DNA of 64,000 nt from Waterburya sp. (GCA_965217895.1 CBDCJV010000002.1:1536001-1600000); one strand, 5' to 3'. Positions 21,467 through 31,986 are shown, counted from the first letter of the stretch. Numbers and translations: made by a program. The notes: a model not told the origin generated them from the sequence alone.

Positions 21467-22633
21467 TTAATTAACTATTACTTTGTCATCGTCTTGAGCA
21501 GATTCGACAGCAGCCTTGTTCTTGGCTATCTCTTCTTTTGTCATTAGATTAACGATGGAGGATTTTTCTAGCAGTCCAATTACCTCACCTTCTTCTCCTA
21601 CAACTATAAGCTCTTGAACTTTCTTGCTCTCGATAGTTTTGGCTACCTCTAACAAAGAAGTATCAGCAGCAACAGTATTAACTTCTGGTATAGATTTGAC
21701 TAACTCACGCAGATAGATTTCGTTCCAGTCAGAAGTAGGAATTTGTTTCAAATCTTCTACAGCAATATTACCAATTAACTTTTGATTTTCATCTATTACC
21801 AAAAACTTTTTCCAACGCTCTTTACCGATCACATAGTCATTGACAAACTCTCTAACGCTTAGATGATCTCCCACTATCGGGCTATCTGCAACCACAGCAT
21901 CTTTAGCAGTATACTGACTTAGTTTGTCCTGTACCACAGCCGATTGAGCAGCCATACCAGCATTTTGCAAGAGAAATACGCCAATCAACAGAGTCCAAAC
22001 ACTTCCCGCTTGAGAGATCCCCAAGACAGATAAGATACCCAGAGATATGGCAATCCAGCCTATGACTTGACCGACTCTACCCGCAAAGATTACTCCTTTG
22101 TTGGGATTACCTGTAATTTTCCAGACAACAGCCTTGAGAACATTACCACCGTCAAGAGGTAAGCCAGGAATCATATTAAATAGTGCCAGAATTAAATTAA
22201 TATAGGCTACGGGCAGGATAATTGCCTCTAAAGATTTATTAAGTGAAAAACTAGCTCCTATTAGGGCAAAAATACCAAATAATAAAACACTGACTAACGG
22301 TCCTGCGATCGCCACAGTAAACGCTTGAAATGGCGTTTCTGATTCTTTTTCTAAGGTCGCTAAACCGCCGAAAATGAATAGAGTGATCGATTTAACAGGA
22401 ATTCCTTGAGAAATCGCCACAAAACTATGACCCAGTTCGTGAGCCAATACTGAAGAAAATAATAGTAAGGCAGTAATAAAACCCAAAATCCAGGGAGTTG
22501 ACCCCGTAAAATAAGGGAATCTAGTTAAATTAGAGCCATAGCTCCACGTCACTAAACCCAGGATAAAAAACCAAGATGGGTTAATAAAAAATGGAATCCC
22601 AAATAAATTACCGATCCGAATGTTGCCGTTCAT
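21467..22633 (-). CDS. Site-2 protease (M50) with CBS domains
   Basis: HELGH, AGP, FNMIPGLPLDGG; C-terminal CBS pair. Confidence 0.93.
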   Translation of the reverse strand: MNGNIRIGNLFGIPFFINPSWFFILGLVTWSYGSNLTRFPYFTGSTPWILGFITALLLFSSVLAHELGHSFVAISQGIPVKSITLFIFGGLATLEKESETPFQAFTVAIAGPLVSVLLFGIFALIGASFSLNKSLEAIILPVAYINLILALFNMIPGLPLDGGNVLKAVVWKITGNPNKGVIFAGRVGQVIGWIAISLGILSVLGISQAGSVWTLLIGVFLLQNAGMAAQSAVVQDKLSQYTAKDAVVADSPIVGDHLSVREFVNDYVIGKERWKKFLVIDENQKLIGNIAVEDLKQIPTSDWNEIYLRELVKSIPEVNTVAADTSLLEVAKTIESKKVQELIVVGEEGEVIGLLEKSSIVNLMTKEEIAKNKAAVESAQDDDKVIVN

Positions 22634-22740
22634 CAAATACTCCTTTGTGGATGAAGCAATATTAATATTTTTCCACTTGTGCTAAAGGAAAATGTTTTAT
22701 ATTTTGTTTGCTATTAAATTATTACAATGGTAGCGGAGCA

Positions 22741-22782
22741 TGACGGTCAATTCATCCTTCGGTAGTAGGGTAAAAACCGTCC
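22741..22782 (-). promoter_or_regulatory. Putative heat-shock-type upstream element of the M50 protease
   Basis: Minus strand GGACGG-N6-CCCTAC-N8-GATGAATTGACC, similar to the hsp20 upstream element. Confidence 0.4.
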
Positions 22783-22848
22783 TCAAATTTACGGTAACAA
22801 GTTGACGCATCTTGGGCATAATAGGTATTAGAGAGCAGTAATAATAAT

Positions 22849-23346
22849 ATGTCAGATATAACCCCCCATTATCCAAACTCTTATAGCCAAGAAGATATTC
22901 AGCAAATTCTCAATATAGCGATCGCCCGTCACCATACCCACGAAGAATTAAGTAGACAGCAACTGTGGGAAATCGCCTCAGAACTAGATATTAGTAACGC
23001 CACTATCCAAGCTGCGGAGCAAGATTGGCTCGAACAAAAACTAGTCGATCGCCAGCGACACGCCTTTAGTTTATATCGCCGTCAAAACTTTAAGCAGAAA
23101 CTTACTAAATTTGCGATCGTTAATATTTTTCTTGTTTCTTTAAACATAATTGCTGCTGGCTCTCTTACCTGGTCTTTATATATTCTGCTATTCTGGGGAT
23201 TAGGCATTGCTCTCAATGGTTGGAAAGCTTATCAAACCCAAGGAGAAGAATACGAACGAGCTTTCCAAAGATGGAGTTTTCAAAACGAAGTCAAGCAGAC
23301 AGTTTCTACAGTCTGGACAAGACTACAAAAGACTTTGCAGGTTTAA
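22849..23346 (+). CDS. 2TM domain-containing protein
   Basis: YSQEDIQQIL..A, L.EIA.EL.I; two TM helices with W....L.WGLG. Confidence 0.85.
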   Translation: MSDITPHYPNSYSQEDIQQILNIAIARHHTHEELSRQQLWEIASELDISNATIQAAEQDWLEQKLVDRQRHAFSLYRRQNFKQKLTKFAIVNIFLVSLNIIAAGSLTWSLYILLFWGLGIALNGWKAYQTQGEEYERAFQRWSFQNEVKQTVSTVWTRLQKTLQV

Positions 23347-23370
23347 GCCCATCGACGAGAAGTTTGTAAT

Positions 23371-23406
23371 CTAACTGCTCTAACTGCTTTAACTGCCCTA
23401 ACTGTT
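23371..23406. repeat. 9-bp tandem repeat x4
   Basis: CTAACTGCT CTAACTGCT TTAACTGCC CTAACTGTT between convergent genes. Confidence 0.75.
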
Positions 23407-23410
23407 GCTA

Positions 23411-23758
23411 TTAACTACTTAAGCCCAAAAAATTCTTGAGCCAGTCTAAGAAATTGCCTACATCTTTGGTAGTAACTTTAAGTAGAGAAAGTATCCCGAC
23501 CAAAATCAAAATTGTACCAATCAAAAAGTTCTCTTTATACAAAGCTAAACCAACTATAGCGACAAAGTAAGGAGAAACAATACGGCTAATTTTTTCCACA
23601 GAAGATACAAGCTCATTGCTTTCTAGCATCTCAGTTTCTGTTTGTAGCAAAGTATCTTGGGGAGAAGTTGAATTAACTATGGTGGGGGGAGTAAGTTTAA
23701 TGTCTTGTAAATCGGACATAGTAGGTTTTTGTGGTTCACGGGGCGACTTTCCAAACAT
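23411..23758 (-). CDS. Hypothetical membrane protein
   Basis: 115 aa with two C-terminal hydrophobic helices. Confidence 0.7.
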   Translation of the reverse strand: MFGKSPREPQKPTMSDLQDIKLTPPTIVNSTSPQDTLLQTETEMLESNELVSSVEKISRIVSPYFVAIVGLALYKENFLIGTILILVGILSLLKVTTKDVGNFLDWLKNFLGLSS

Positions 23759-23941
23759 AACTCAACTTGCGGTAAATTTATATCTTACATAAGATAACTC
23801 GATCTGGAGATTCGATCTGCAACCAACCCTAATTTTTGACTAAGTTATTACTTACTACCCACTACCTAGAAGCTCGATCGCTTTACGTATAATTAAGAAA
23901 GCAAGGGTATAGAGTTGGAGATTGTAGATTAATTATTGCTT

Positions 23942-24892
23942 ATGAGCGAAGATTTGGCGATCGCCACCTATGGTTTGACTAAACGATTTGAGGGACATAT
24001 CGCCGTTAACGATATCGATCTAAGGATCGAGAGTGGCGAAGTGTACGGTTTGATTGGTCCGAATGGTGCGGGCAAAACGACCTTAATTAGAATGTTAGCA
24101 GCAGCAGAAGAACCCACTAAAGGAGAAATTTATCTCAATGGCGATCGTTTATTACGAAATGATTCTAATTCTGTCTTAAAAAAACGCTTGGGATATCTCC
24201 CAGATGATTTTCCGCTTTATGACGATCTAACTGTCTGGGATTATCTAGATTACTTTGCGCGTTTATATAATCTCAAACAACCTTTTCGCCGTCGTCGCCT
24301 AGTAGAAGTATTAGAACTAGTTCAGCTAGAAAATAAACGCAAAAGTATTATTTCTACTCTTTCAAGAGGCATGAAGCAACGCCTTAGTTTAGCTAGAACA
24401 ATAATTCACGAACCCATATTGTTACTGTTAGATGAACCCGTATCAGGATTAGATCCTCTAGCCAGACAGCAGTTTAGGCAAATTATTAAAATTTTACAAG
24501 AAGCGGGAATGACAATCCTAATTTCTTCTCATGTCTTAAGCGATCTTGCCGAACTCTGTACTTCAGTAGGCATAATGGAGTTGGGCTTTTTGGTAGAAAG
24601 TACTTCTTTGAAAGAACTATATCAACGGTTATCTCGTCAACAAATAATTATTAGCACTTTAGGTAAGATAGAGATATTGCAACAACAACTCAGCCAAAAC
24701 TCTTTGGTAGAAACATGGGAGATGATACCTAAAAGCAATCGTCTTCGAGTTAATTTTACAGGAAAAGAGTCTGACTGCGCTCAACTGTTGCGATCGCTTA
24801 TTCTCGCTGATATTCCCTTGACAGAATTTTATTGTACCCAAGAAGATCTTGAAACTATATTTTTAAAATTAGGGCATCAACAGGCTTCTTAA
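23942..24892 (+). CDS. ABC-2 type transporter ATP-binding protein
   Basis: GPNGAGKTT, LSRGMKQR, LLLDEP, SSH. Confidence 0.95.
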   Translation: MSEDLAIATYGLTKRFEGHIAVNDIDLRIESGEVYGLIGPNGAGKTTLIRMLAAAEEPTKGEIYLNGDRLLRNDSNSVLKKRLGYLPDDFPLYDDLTVWDYLDYFARLYNLKQPFRRRRLVEVLELVQLENKRKSIISTLSRGMKQRLSLARTIIHEPILLLLDEPVSGLDPLARQQFRQIIKILQEAGMTILISSHVLSDLAELCTSVGIMELGFLVESTSLKELYQRLSRQQIIISTLGKIEILQQQLSQNSLVETWEMIPKSNRLRVNFTGKESDCAQLLRSLILADIPLTEFYCTQEDLETIFLKLGHQQAS

Positions 24893-24947
24893 AGTACAAA
24901 ATCGGCGATGGTAACAATTTACTACCCAAGTTTTATCAGTCATAATC

Positions 24948-26654
24948 ATGAAACAAAATATGCAGGTGTGGCACGACTATAATTCATTATGGGAAAAATT
25001 CTTAGATTGGAATCCCCAACTATTTCGAGAGCTTAAAGGCAAGTTAAAAACGAGAAATGTAGTTGTTGCTGCTGCCATCTCCATTATCACTCAATTTGTG
25101 ATTGTCATTTCTCTTTTAAGTGAATTACCAGGATCAGACCAAAAAGGATTATTAGAAGACCAAACAGGACGTTATGCCTTCGGCTATGGCACTAATGAGC
25201 TATTGTATACCAAGGATCTGCTGGACAATTGGATGATCAATTGGCAGCTATTATGGCTCGATTTGTTTATGATTTTGAGCATTATTAGCATCTTTGCCCT
25301 ACTAATAGTCGGTACTTATATGCTGATTGCCGATACGGTCAAAGAAGAAAGCAGAGGCACACTTAATTTTATTCGTTTAACTCCTCAATCTTCTGGCAAT
25401 ATTTTGCTAGGGAAAATTTTGGGAGTGCCAATATTGCTTTACACAGTAATTTTATTATTTGTTCCCCTACATTTGCTGGCTGGTTTGGGAGCGCGTATTC
25501 CACTTACCCTTATTATTGGCTTTGATGCAGTAATAGTTGCTGGCTGTGCCTTTTGCTACAGCTTGGCTTTACTCTGGAGTTTAATGAAGTTTGGCTTATC
25601 TGGCTTTAAACCTTGGTTAGCTAGCGGAGCAGTCGGCTTTATTCTGAGCTTTTTAACTATGGCTTTGGTTCACGGTGGTAGCCTCTCCCAAACCATATTT
25701 GATTGGTTGTTTTTATTCAATCCAGCTATAGTCCTATCGTATTTGATTGATGCTAGTAACATATCTCAAACCAAAATTGCTTTTTTATCAGCAGAAAACT
25801 TGGGTGAATTATTATTTTATGGACAAGCATTATGGACAAAAGCAAGTATTGGCATTAGCTTAATGTTATGTAACTTAAGTCTTTGGACTTACTGGTGTTG
25901 GTCAGTTTTAAAACGCCGCTTTTATAATCCAGAAAATACTCTAGTTAGCAAAACCCAAAGTTATTGGCTAACTGCCTGGTTGATGGCGATCGCTCTTGGC
26001 TTTACTCTTCAACAAGATAATAATGGTTTACTAACCAACAATTTTGTAATTTTACAATGCTGTTTATTTATTTGGGGACTAGCATTAATTGCCCTGTTAA
26101 GCCCCCATCGCCAAGCATTATATGACTGGGCGCGATATCGTCATCAAAAAAGTGAAAATGGCAATGTCCTCTGGAAAGAATTGATTTTTGGCGAAAATAG
26201 TCCTTCAACAATTGCAATGGCAATTAATCTGGCGATCGCGATCGCTTATATTACTCCTTCCATATTTTTGATGTTAGGGGAAGATAAACAGCAAATATTT
26301 TTGGGTTTTATCCTTAATGCTGGCTGCATTCTGCTTTGTGCCGTGGTGGCTCAGTTAATCCTGACTGCTAAAACTCGCAAACGCGCAGTTTGGTCGACAA
26401 TTACAGTGTTCTCAATGATTGTTGTACCGCCTCTTTGTTTAGGTGTTGCTGAGATTGCTCCTGAGACTTCGCCTCAAGCTTGGTTATTTAGCTTTATTCC
26501 CACTATTGCTGCTGAATATGCTACCTTTTCGACAGTGATGTTAGCTGTCTCGCTACAGTGGTTTGTTATCTCTTTAGTTGGTTTACAGATGACAAGGAAA
26601 CTAAGGCAAGCAGGAGCATCAGAAACCAAAATGCTATTTTCTCAGTCTCGTTAA
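24948..26654 (+). CDS. ABC-2-like permease, large multi-pass membrane protein
   Basis: NPQLFRELKG, EE.RGTL..IRLTP, GKILG; many TM helices; follows the ATPase. Confidence 0.85.
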   Translation: MKQNMQVWHDYNSLWEKFLDWNPQLFRELKGKLKTRNVVVAAAISIITQFVIVISLLSELPGSDQKGLLEDQTGRYAFGYGTNELLYTKDLLDNWMINWQLLWLDLFMILSIISIFALLIVGTYMLIADTVKEESRGTLNFIRLTPQSSGNILLGKILGVPILLYTVILLFVPLHLLAGLGARIPLTLIIGFDAVIVAGCAFCYSLALLWSLMKFGLSGFKPWLASGAVGFILSFLTMALVHGGSLSQTIFDWLFLFNPAIVLSYLIDASNISQTKIAFLSAENLGELLFYGQALWTKASIGISLMLCNLSLWTYWCWSVLKRRFYNPENTLVSKTQSYWLTAWLMAIALGFTLQQDNNGLLTNNFVILQCCLFIWGLALIALLSPHRQALYDWARYRHQKSENGNVLWKELIFGENSPSTIAMAINLAIAIAYITPSIFLMLGEDKQQIFLGFILNAGCILLCAVVAQLILTAKTRKRAVWSTITVFSMIVVPPLCLGVAEIAPETSPQAWLFSFIPTIAAEYATFSTVMLAVSLQWFVISLVGLQMTRKLRQAGASETKMLFSQSR

Positions 26655-26790
26655 GAATCGGGATATTTAATCAACAAAGGCTTAAGCCACATATAGCGAT
26701 CGCTTTTCTGTCAAGGCGATCGCTTTTTCGATTATCTTAAAATTAAACTAATACCAAATCCGCTACAGGTCAAAGTATTTTCAACAATAA

Positions 26791-26916
26791 GTTGGTAGTT
26801 AGTAGTTAGTCGTTTGTAGTTAAGAACTAACGGTCGTTCGCTCGTACAGTTGTTCGTAGTCAAAAAGAACTACCTACTACCCACTACTTACTACTTACTA
26901 CCTAACAGTTAAGTAA
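26791..26916. repeat. Inverted heptamer (TAGTAGT/CTACTTA) tracts flanking a degenerate REP
   Basis: GTAGTTAGTAGTTAGT...AACGGTCGTTCGCTCGTAC...CTACTTACTACTTACTAC. Confidence 0.65.
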
Positions 26917-26932
26917 CCTACGCCAACAGGAT

Positions 26933-27490
26933 TTAGTATAAACCTGCTTGTTGAAAAATCTGCTGAGGAGTTAGGTTTAATTCTGGCAATAGGTCATCAG
27001 CGATCGCTGAAGTTCCTTTGATTGTTTTGGGCAAAGTATCTGGATAAAAAATAGTAATACTTTGAGCTTTAGTATCTATCAACCAAACTCTGTCTATTCC
27101 TGCTTGCAAATAATCTGTAGCCTTTTCTGCTAGATTACCAAATGTCTGTCCTGGAGAAATGATTTCAATTACCAATTCAGGCGCAACGGGACAAGCTTCA
27201 TCTAGTATCCAATCTGTACTTAGACGATTGTAGGATGTATAACTTAGATCTGGAACAGGAATCCAATCAGTTCCATTTCTTTTGAGTTTGATTGCCCACT
27301 CAGGGTAGATTCGTCCCTTTCCTTGACACCAACTTTGTAGCAAGATTATCAACGTAGCTTGAACAGCAGAATGAAAGAATTTAGGAGACATTTTAGGAAT
27401 AGCCTGACCATCTATAAGTTCGTAAGGGCGATCGCCTTCGGGAAGTTCAAAGAACTCTTGGACAGTTAACTTGGCAGTAGATGAAAGCAT
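26933..27490 (-). CDS. Uma2 family endonuclease-like protein
   Basis: YELIDG, P..FHS, PVPDL, PELVIEIISP. Confidence 0.92.
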   Translation of the reverse strand: MLSSTAKLTVQEFFELPEGDRPYELIDGQAIPKMSPKFFHSAVQATLIILLQSWCQGKGRIYPEWAIKLKRNGTDWIPVPDLSYTSYNRLSTDWILDEACPVAPELVIEIISPGQTFGNLAEKATDYLQAGIDRVWLIDTKAQSITIFYPDTLPKTIKGTSAIADDLLPELNLTPQQIFQQAGLY

Positions 27491-27647
27491 TGTTTTTGAG
27501 TTAAATGGCTTTTTAAATGATCGATGATTTAATTATGCTCCAACTGGCTAAATAACTGAAGTGATAATAGTACACACAATACAAATAGTCTTTTCAAGAC
27601 TAAAAGAAACTGTTAAAGTGTCACCTTACAATTAACAGTTGAAAATC

Positions 27648-28796
27648 ATGAAAGTTATCGGCTTAATGAGTGGCACTTCTGTCGATGGTATTGATGCTGC
27701 TTTGGTAGAAGTTAGCGGTCGAGAAAAAGATTTAGAAGTAAGACTGTTGGCAGGAGCGACTTTTGTTTATCCCGAACAATTAAGAGCAGAAATATTAGCA
27801 GTATGTGGCGGGAAGGCAATTGCGATCGCTGAACTAGCTGCCTTAGATGATGCGATCGCCATTCAGTTTGCCGAAGCAGCCCAAAAAATTCAATCTCAGC
27901 ATTCAATTGCCGAATTGATTGGCTCTCATGGTCAAACGGTATATCATCGACCACTATCAAAAGTCAAAACAAATAAAAATTTAGGCTATAGTCTTCAGCT
28001 TGGCAGGGGAGATTTAATTGCTCGTCTTACGGGCATCAAAACTATCAGTAACTTTCGAGCAGCAGATATTGCCAGAGGGGGAGAAGGCGCGCCTTTAGTG
28101 CCTAAAATAGACGCTTGTTTGCTATCTCATCCCAGCAAAACCAGAGCGATTCAAAATATAGGCGGTATTGGCAATGTGGCATATTTACCTGCAAATCAAA
28201 CACAAGACTGGAAACAGCAGGTTTGTGGCTGGGATACAGGGCCAGGTAATGCCCTTTTAGATTTAGCTGTTACTCGCCTAACTAATGGTAAGCAAACCTA
28301 CGATCGCAATGGTCAATGGGCGGCACAAGGAACTCGGGATCGTCAATTAGTAGAACAATGGTTAAAGCATGATTTTTTTCATCAACCACCACCAAAATCT
28401 ACTGGCAGAGAATTATTTGGTCAAGATTATCTTGAGCAGTGCTGGCAAGACATGGAGCAAAAGCAGCTTAATGATTGCGATCGCCTGACCACCCTCACAG
28501 AACTTACCGTCGCCTCAATTGTGCATAGTTACAGACAGTTTTTACCCCAATTACCCGACGAAGTTTTGCTTTGTGGCGGGGGCAGTAGAAATTCATATCT
28601 GAGACATCGCTTGCAAGCTGAGTTAATATCGGCACATATTGGTACAACAGACGAGGTAGAACTTAACGGCAATTTGAAAGAAGCGATCGCTTTTGCAGTA
28701 TTGGCATACTGGAGAATAAATTCTATTCCTGGTAATTTACCTCAAGTGACTGGGGCAGACAAACCTACTTTATTAGGAGATATTTATTGCCCCTAA
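27648..28796 (+). CDS. anmK: Anhydro-N-acetylmuramic acid kinase
   Basis: [39 protein letters not shown]. Confidence 0.97.
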   Translation: MKVIGLMSGTSVDGIDAALVEVSGREKDLEVRLLAGATFVYPEQLRAEILAVCGGKAIAIAELAALDDAIAIQFAEAAQKIQSQHSIAELIGSHGQTVYHRPLSKVKTNKNLGYSLQLGRGDLIARLTGIKTISNFRAADIARGGEGAPLVPKIDACLLSHPSKTRAIQNIGGIGNVAYLPANQTQDWKQQVCGWDTGPGNALLDLAVTRLTNGKQTYDRNGQWAAQGTRDRQLVEQWLKHDFFHQPPPKSTGRELFGQDYLEQCWQDMEQKQLNDCDRLTTLTELTVASIVHSYRQFLPQLPDEVLLCGGGSRNSYLRHRLQAELISAHIGTTDEVELNGNLKEAIAFAVLAYWRINSIPGNLPQVTGADKPTLLGDIYCP

Positions 28797-28846
28797 AAAA
28801 TTAAATCTAGATTTTTTAGCAATACACAAATCATGAGGATCGAGTT

Positions 28847-29284
28847 GTGGCTCATAGTTTCCTAGTAGAGTCAGGCTATTGGAATGTAAAGGGTTATTGG
28901 CTTAAGCCCAATTTAGCACCAATTACCTTAGCAGGAGATATTCAAATTGCTTGGAAACGAGCAAACTGGTTCAAAATGACTACCAGTTTAGCTTGTGATG
29001 ACGAAGCAGAAACCAAAATTATTTATCAATGTAAGGGCAATCTAAATTACGAAGAGAAATATTATACCTATGTTGCTCAACACAGCCTTTTGGGGAACAT
29101 TGAGGGAGAGGGACGACTTGGATTGCAGTCTATTATTCAGTATTACTGGTTTTTAGGAACTACCACCAACAAAAAGGGATTGGATACTTTTTACTCTATA
29201 GACCAAAATACCTATTATCTGATTAGCAATATTTTAGAAGGTCACAGTCTATTAAGCACAATCGAAGTCACCCTCAAACGTTGA
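28847..29284 (+). CDS. Hypothetical beta-rich protein
   Basis: 145-aa ORF with GTG start and RBS, directly upstream of the kinase. Confidence 0.75.
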   Translation: MAHSFLVESGYWNVKGYWLKPNLAPITLAGDIQIAWKRANWFKMTTSLACDDEAETKIIYQCKGNLNYEEKYYTYVAQHSLLGNIEGEGRLGLQSIIQYYWFLGTTTNKKGLDTFYSIDQNTYYLISNILEGHSLLSTIEVTLKR

Positions 29285-29345
29285 AGATGTTTATAAGTTG
29301 AGACCAAAACAACAGAAGCCACAATAGCTTCCAATATATGAAAAT

Positions 29346-30917
29346 ATGAATAAAGATTCTAACACTGGTCGTTTACTTGCTAACCGTTATCAACTATACG
29401 ATTTAGTTGGCGAAGGTGCTATGGGTAGGGTTTATCGAGCCAAAGACACTATATTGGGCGGTGTAACCGTAGCAATAAAATTCTTGGCACAGGCTCTACT
29501 TAACGATAATATGCGTGAGCGTTTTGAGCGTGAGGCAACAATTTCGGCTTTGTTAGGCGAAAAAAGTATTCATGTTGTCCGAGTCAGAGATTACGGAGTA
29601 GACGAAAGCAATATTCCTTTCTATGTGATGGAGTTTCTTTCGGGAGAAAGCATCAATGAGCTAATTTGCCATCAGCCAATGCCTTTGAACAGATTTCTCA
29701 CCCTAACTCGTCACGTCTGTTTTGGTTTAGATTCGGCTCACCAAGGTATTTATGTAAATGGTGAACTAAGCCACATTATTCATCGAGATATTAAACCTAG
29801 CAATATTATCGTGCTGCAAGATCCTACTCTAGGGGAATTAGCCAAAATCCTCGATTTTGGGATTGCTAAACTAATTCAAGCCAATGCTAACCAAACTCAA
29901 TCATTTATGGGGACTTTGGCATATTGCTCTCCCGAACAAATGGAAGGCAAAGAATTAGATCATCGTTCTGATATTTATAGTCTAGGCATCATGATGTACG
30001 AGATGCTGACTATGGATATGCCCTTATTGCCACAAAACTCTTCCTTTGGAGGCTGGTATCAGGCGCACCACAACTTTAAACCAGAACCGTTTAGTGGCAG
30101 ACTTAGGTTACCAACCGAATTACAAAATTTAGTATTTCGCTGTTTGGCAAAAAAGAGAGAAGATAGACCGCAAAACGTCGGCGAAATTATTAGTGTTTTA
30201 GACACAATTGAGCAACAGACTAAATCTAGACCAACAAACCCCAGTCAGGGAAATATGGCTCAGGATACTGCTCAGGAACATCAGGCAGAAATTAGAGACG
30301 ATAATACAGAAAAGGCAACATATACTAAAGATCAAACCGTCAATGCCGAATCTTCGGTAACAGAGACTTGTTTGCAAACTCCCTGGCCAAAGAACAAGCC
30401 ATTACAAAAAATTGTTTTTCCTCAACTAATTTCTACTCCATTGGGAGAAGCTCCTGTTCTTTGTGTCATGCTAGAGCCTGAAGGTATCCAAAATAGAATA
30501 TCCAGCACGCGCTACAATCAATTCCTCTACCTAAATCATCCCCATCCAATGTTGCTTTGGATTACTGTTTTATATAACCTAGAACATGGGGCTAAATGGC
30601 TTTCCTGTTATTTAGATCTTAAATCTCACAAAGGACAGCAGATTTGTCGCGCTTTGGCAGAACAGGGTAAATATCGTATTTTATTCTATGCCCTGGATGA
30701 ATCTCAACAATGTCAGCATATTGTCAGTTCGATAATTAATGCTCGTAACCGTAAAATGTTAAAGCAATGGGCAGATCTTAGTCAGGTAACAAGAAGCGTC
30801 GGCGATGTCAAAACGGCAAAAGAAGTTTTAAGACAGGAATTAGAAAAGCTAAAAGACAAGATTTTGACTAAGGTTAAAAGTTCTAAAGCAACTGATGTAA
30901 ACTCCGCAGAATCATAA
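29346..30917 (+). CDS. Hanks-type Ser/Thr protein kinase
   Basis: GEGAMGRVY, VAIK, HRDIKPSN, DFG, SPEQ; soluble C-terminal domain. Confidence 0.95.
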   Translation: MNKDSNTGRLLANRYQLYDLVGEGAMGRVYRAKDTILGGVTVAIKFLAQALLNDNMRERFEREATISALLGEKSIHVVRVRDYGVDESNIPFYVMEFLSGESINELICHQPMPLNRFLTLTRHVCFGLDSAHQGIYVNGELSHIIHRDIKPSNIIVLQDPTLGELAKILDFGIAKLIQANANQTQSFMGTLAYCSPEQMEGKELDHRSDIYSLGIMMYEMLTMDMPLLPQNSSFGGWYQAHHNFKPEPFSGRLRLPTELQNLVFRCLAKKREDRPQNVGEIISVLDTIEQQTKSRPTNPSQGNMAQDTAQEHQAEIRDDNTEKATYTKDQTVNAESSVTETCLQTPWPKNKPLQKIVFPQLISTPLGEAPVLCVMLEPEGIQNRISSTRYNQFLYLNHPHPMLLWITVLYNLEHGAKWLSCYLDLKSHKGQQICRALAEQGKYRILFYALDESQQCQHIVSSIINARNRKMLKQWADLSQVTRSVGDVKTAKEVLRQELEKLKDKILTKVKSSKATDVNSAES

Positions 30918-30936
30918 TAAAAAAACCGTTAATTTA

Positions 30937-31161
30937 ATGAATAATGAACAAAAAAGTTTCAAGGTAGGCGATCGCATTAAAATTATATCTCTTCCTGCCT
31001 ATATTAAAACCGCCGAACCCATGCCCATGTTACGTCCTTCTAATCTACTGACGGTAGGAGAACAAGGCACAATTATGGATCGTCGTCCTGGAGGCTATTG
31101 GGGCATTCGTTTTACCCAAGGAGCATTTTTGTTAGAGAGTCAATATATAGAAATAATCTGA
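30937..31161 (+). CDS. sipA: Regulatory protein SipA (NblS-interacting, DUF3148)
   Basis: LP.YIKTAEPMPMLRP...G....RRPGGYWGIRF..GAFL signature. Confidence 0.88.
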   Translation: MNNEQKSFKVGDRIKIISLPAYIKTAEPMPMLRPSNLLTVGEQGTIMDRRPGGYWGIRFTQGAFLLESQYIEII

Positions 31162-31274
31162 TCGCAAAAGTAATTTTTACTATTTCCAAAAAGTAGTTTT
31201 AGTGGAACAAAAAAACTAATGATAGCGTCTTCAAAATATGTATGTTTTGATAATTAAAAATTAGATTAATATAA

Positions 31275-31775
31275 GTGTTTAAAGCTATCGTTAAGCCAAA
31301 TTTATTTAAAGTAAAAAGCCAATTTATCTTCAAAAAAGCTTTTTGGTTATTATTAACTGGAGCTAGTTTAAATGTCAACATTCATTCAACCTTTGCTCAG
31401 ATTGCAATTAATCAAAGTACTATGACCCAGCCTCTAATTATTGAAGGAATAAGTGGTGGTTCAATTGCTGCTTTAGAAATTACTCATACTGAAAATACAG
31501 CTACAGGTTATTGTGATGGCTTTGCCAATTCTCAGCCTAATCATATTTTAAAGCTCGATTCTTTTTGGCAATTTTTGCGCTTAGAAGTTGAAAGTGATGC
31601 AGATACAACTATCATGGTTCAAGGTCCTGGGGGAACATGGTGTAATGATGATGTAAGTAGTGCTAATCCCATGATTGAAGGAGTATGGCAGCCAGGAATA
31701 TACAAAGTCTGGGTGGGTTCGTATCAGGCTGAGTCTAGCAATAATTATCAGATTAAAATTACAGGACAAAAATAG
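31275..31775 (+). CDS. Hypothetical exported protein
   Basis: Signal-like N-terminus; G.C.G...PNH.L, GPGG.WCNDD, GIYKVWVG. Start is uncertain. Confidence 0.75.
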   Translation: MFKAIVKPNLFKVKSQFIFKKAFWLLLTGASLNVNIHSTFAQIAINQSTMTQPLIIEGISGGSIAALEITHTENTATGYCDGFANSQPNHILKLDSFWQFLRLEVESDADTTIMVQGPGGTWCNDDVSSANPMIEGVWQPGIYKVWVGSYQAESSNNYQIKITGQK

Positions 31776-31832
31776 TTATTATATGAAACACAAAAATAAA
31801 TGCTACATATTGGTTTAGGTTAGTTAGTAGTT

Positions 31833-31946
31833 ATACCATTTCTCCTTGAAGTTGCACTTAAGTATTTGAGCTTAAAACTCTCGCAAAGACGCAAAGACGC
31901 TAAGGGGGTAGATTTTATTTAGTGCATTGTCATAGAGAGTTGGTAT
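31833..31946. mobile_element. MITE-like element with ATACCA...TGGTAT termini
   Basis: 29-bp imperfect terminal inverted repeats (21/29 match by eye); internal CGCAAAGA tandem. Confidence 0.6.
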
Positions 31947-31973
31947 TAGGGGCGAACGGCCGTTCGCCCGTAC
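31947..31973. repeat. REP-like palindrome
   Basis: TAGGGGCGAACGGCCGTTCGCCCGTAC. Confidence 0.8.
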
Positions 31974-31986
31974 ATAAGAAGTAGTA

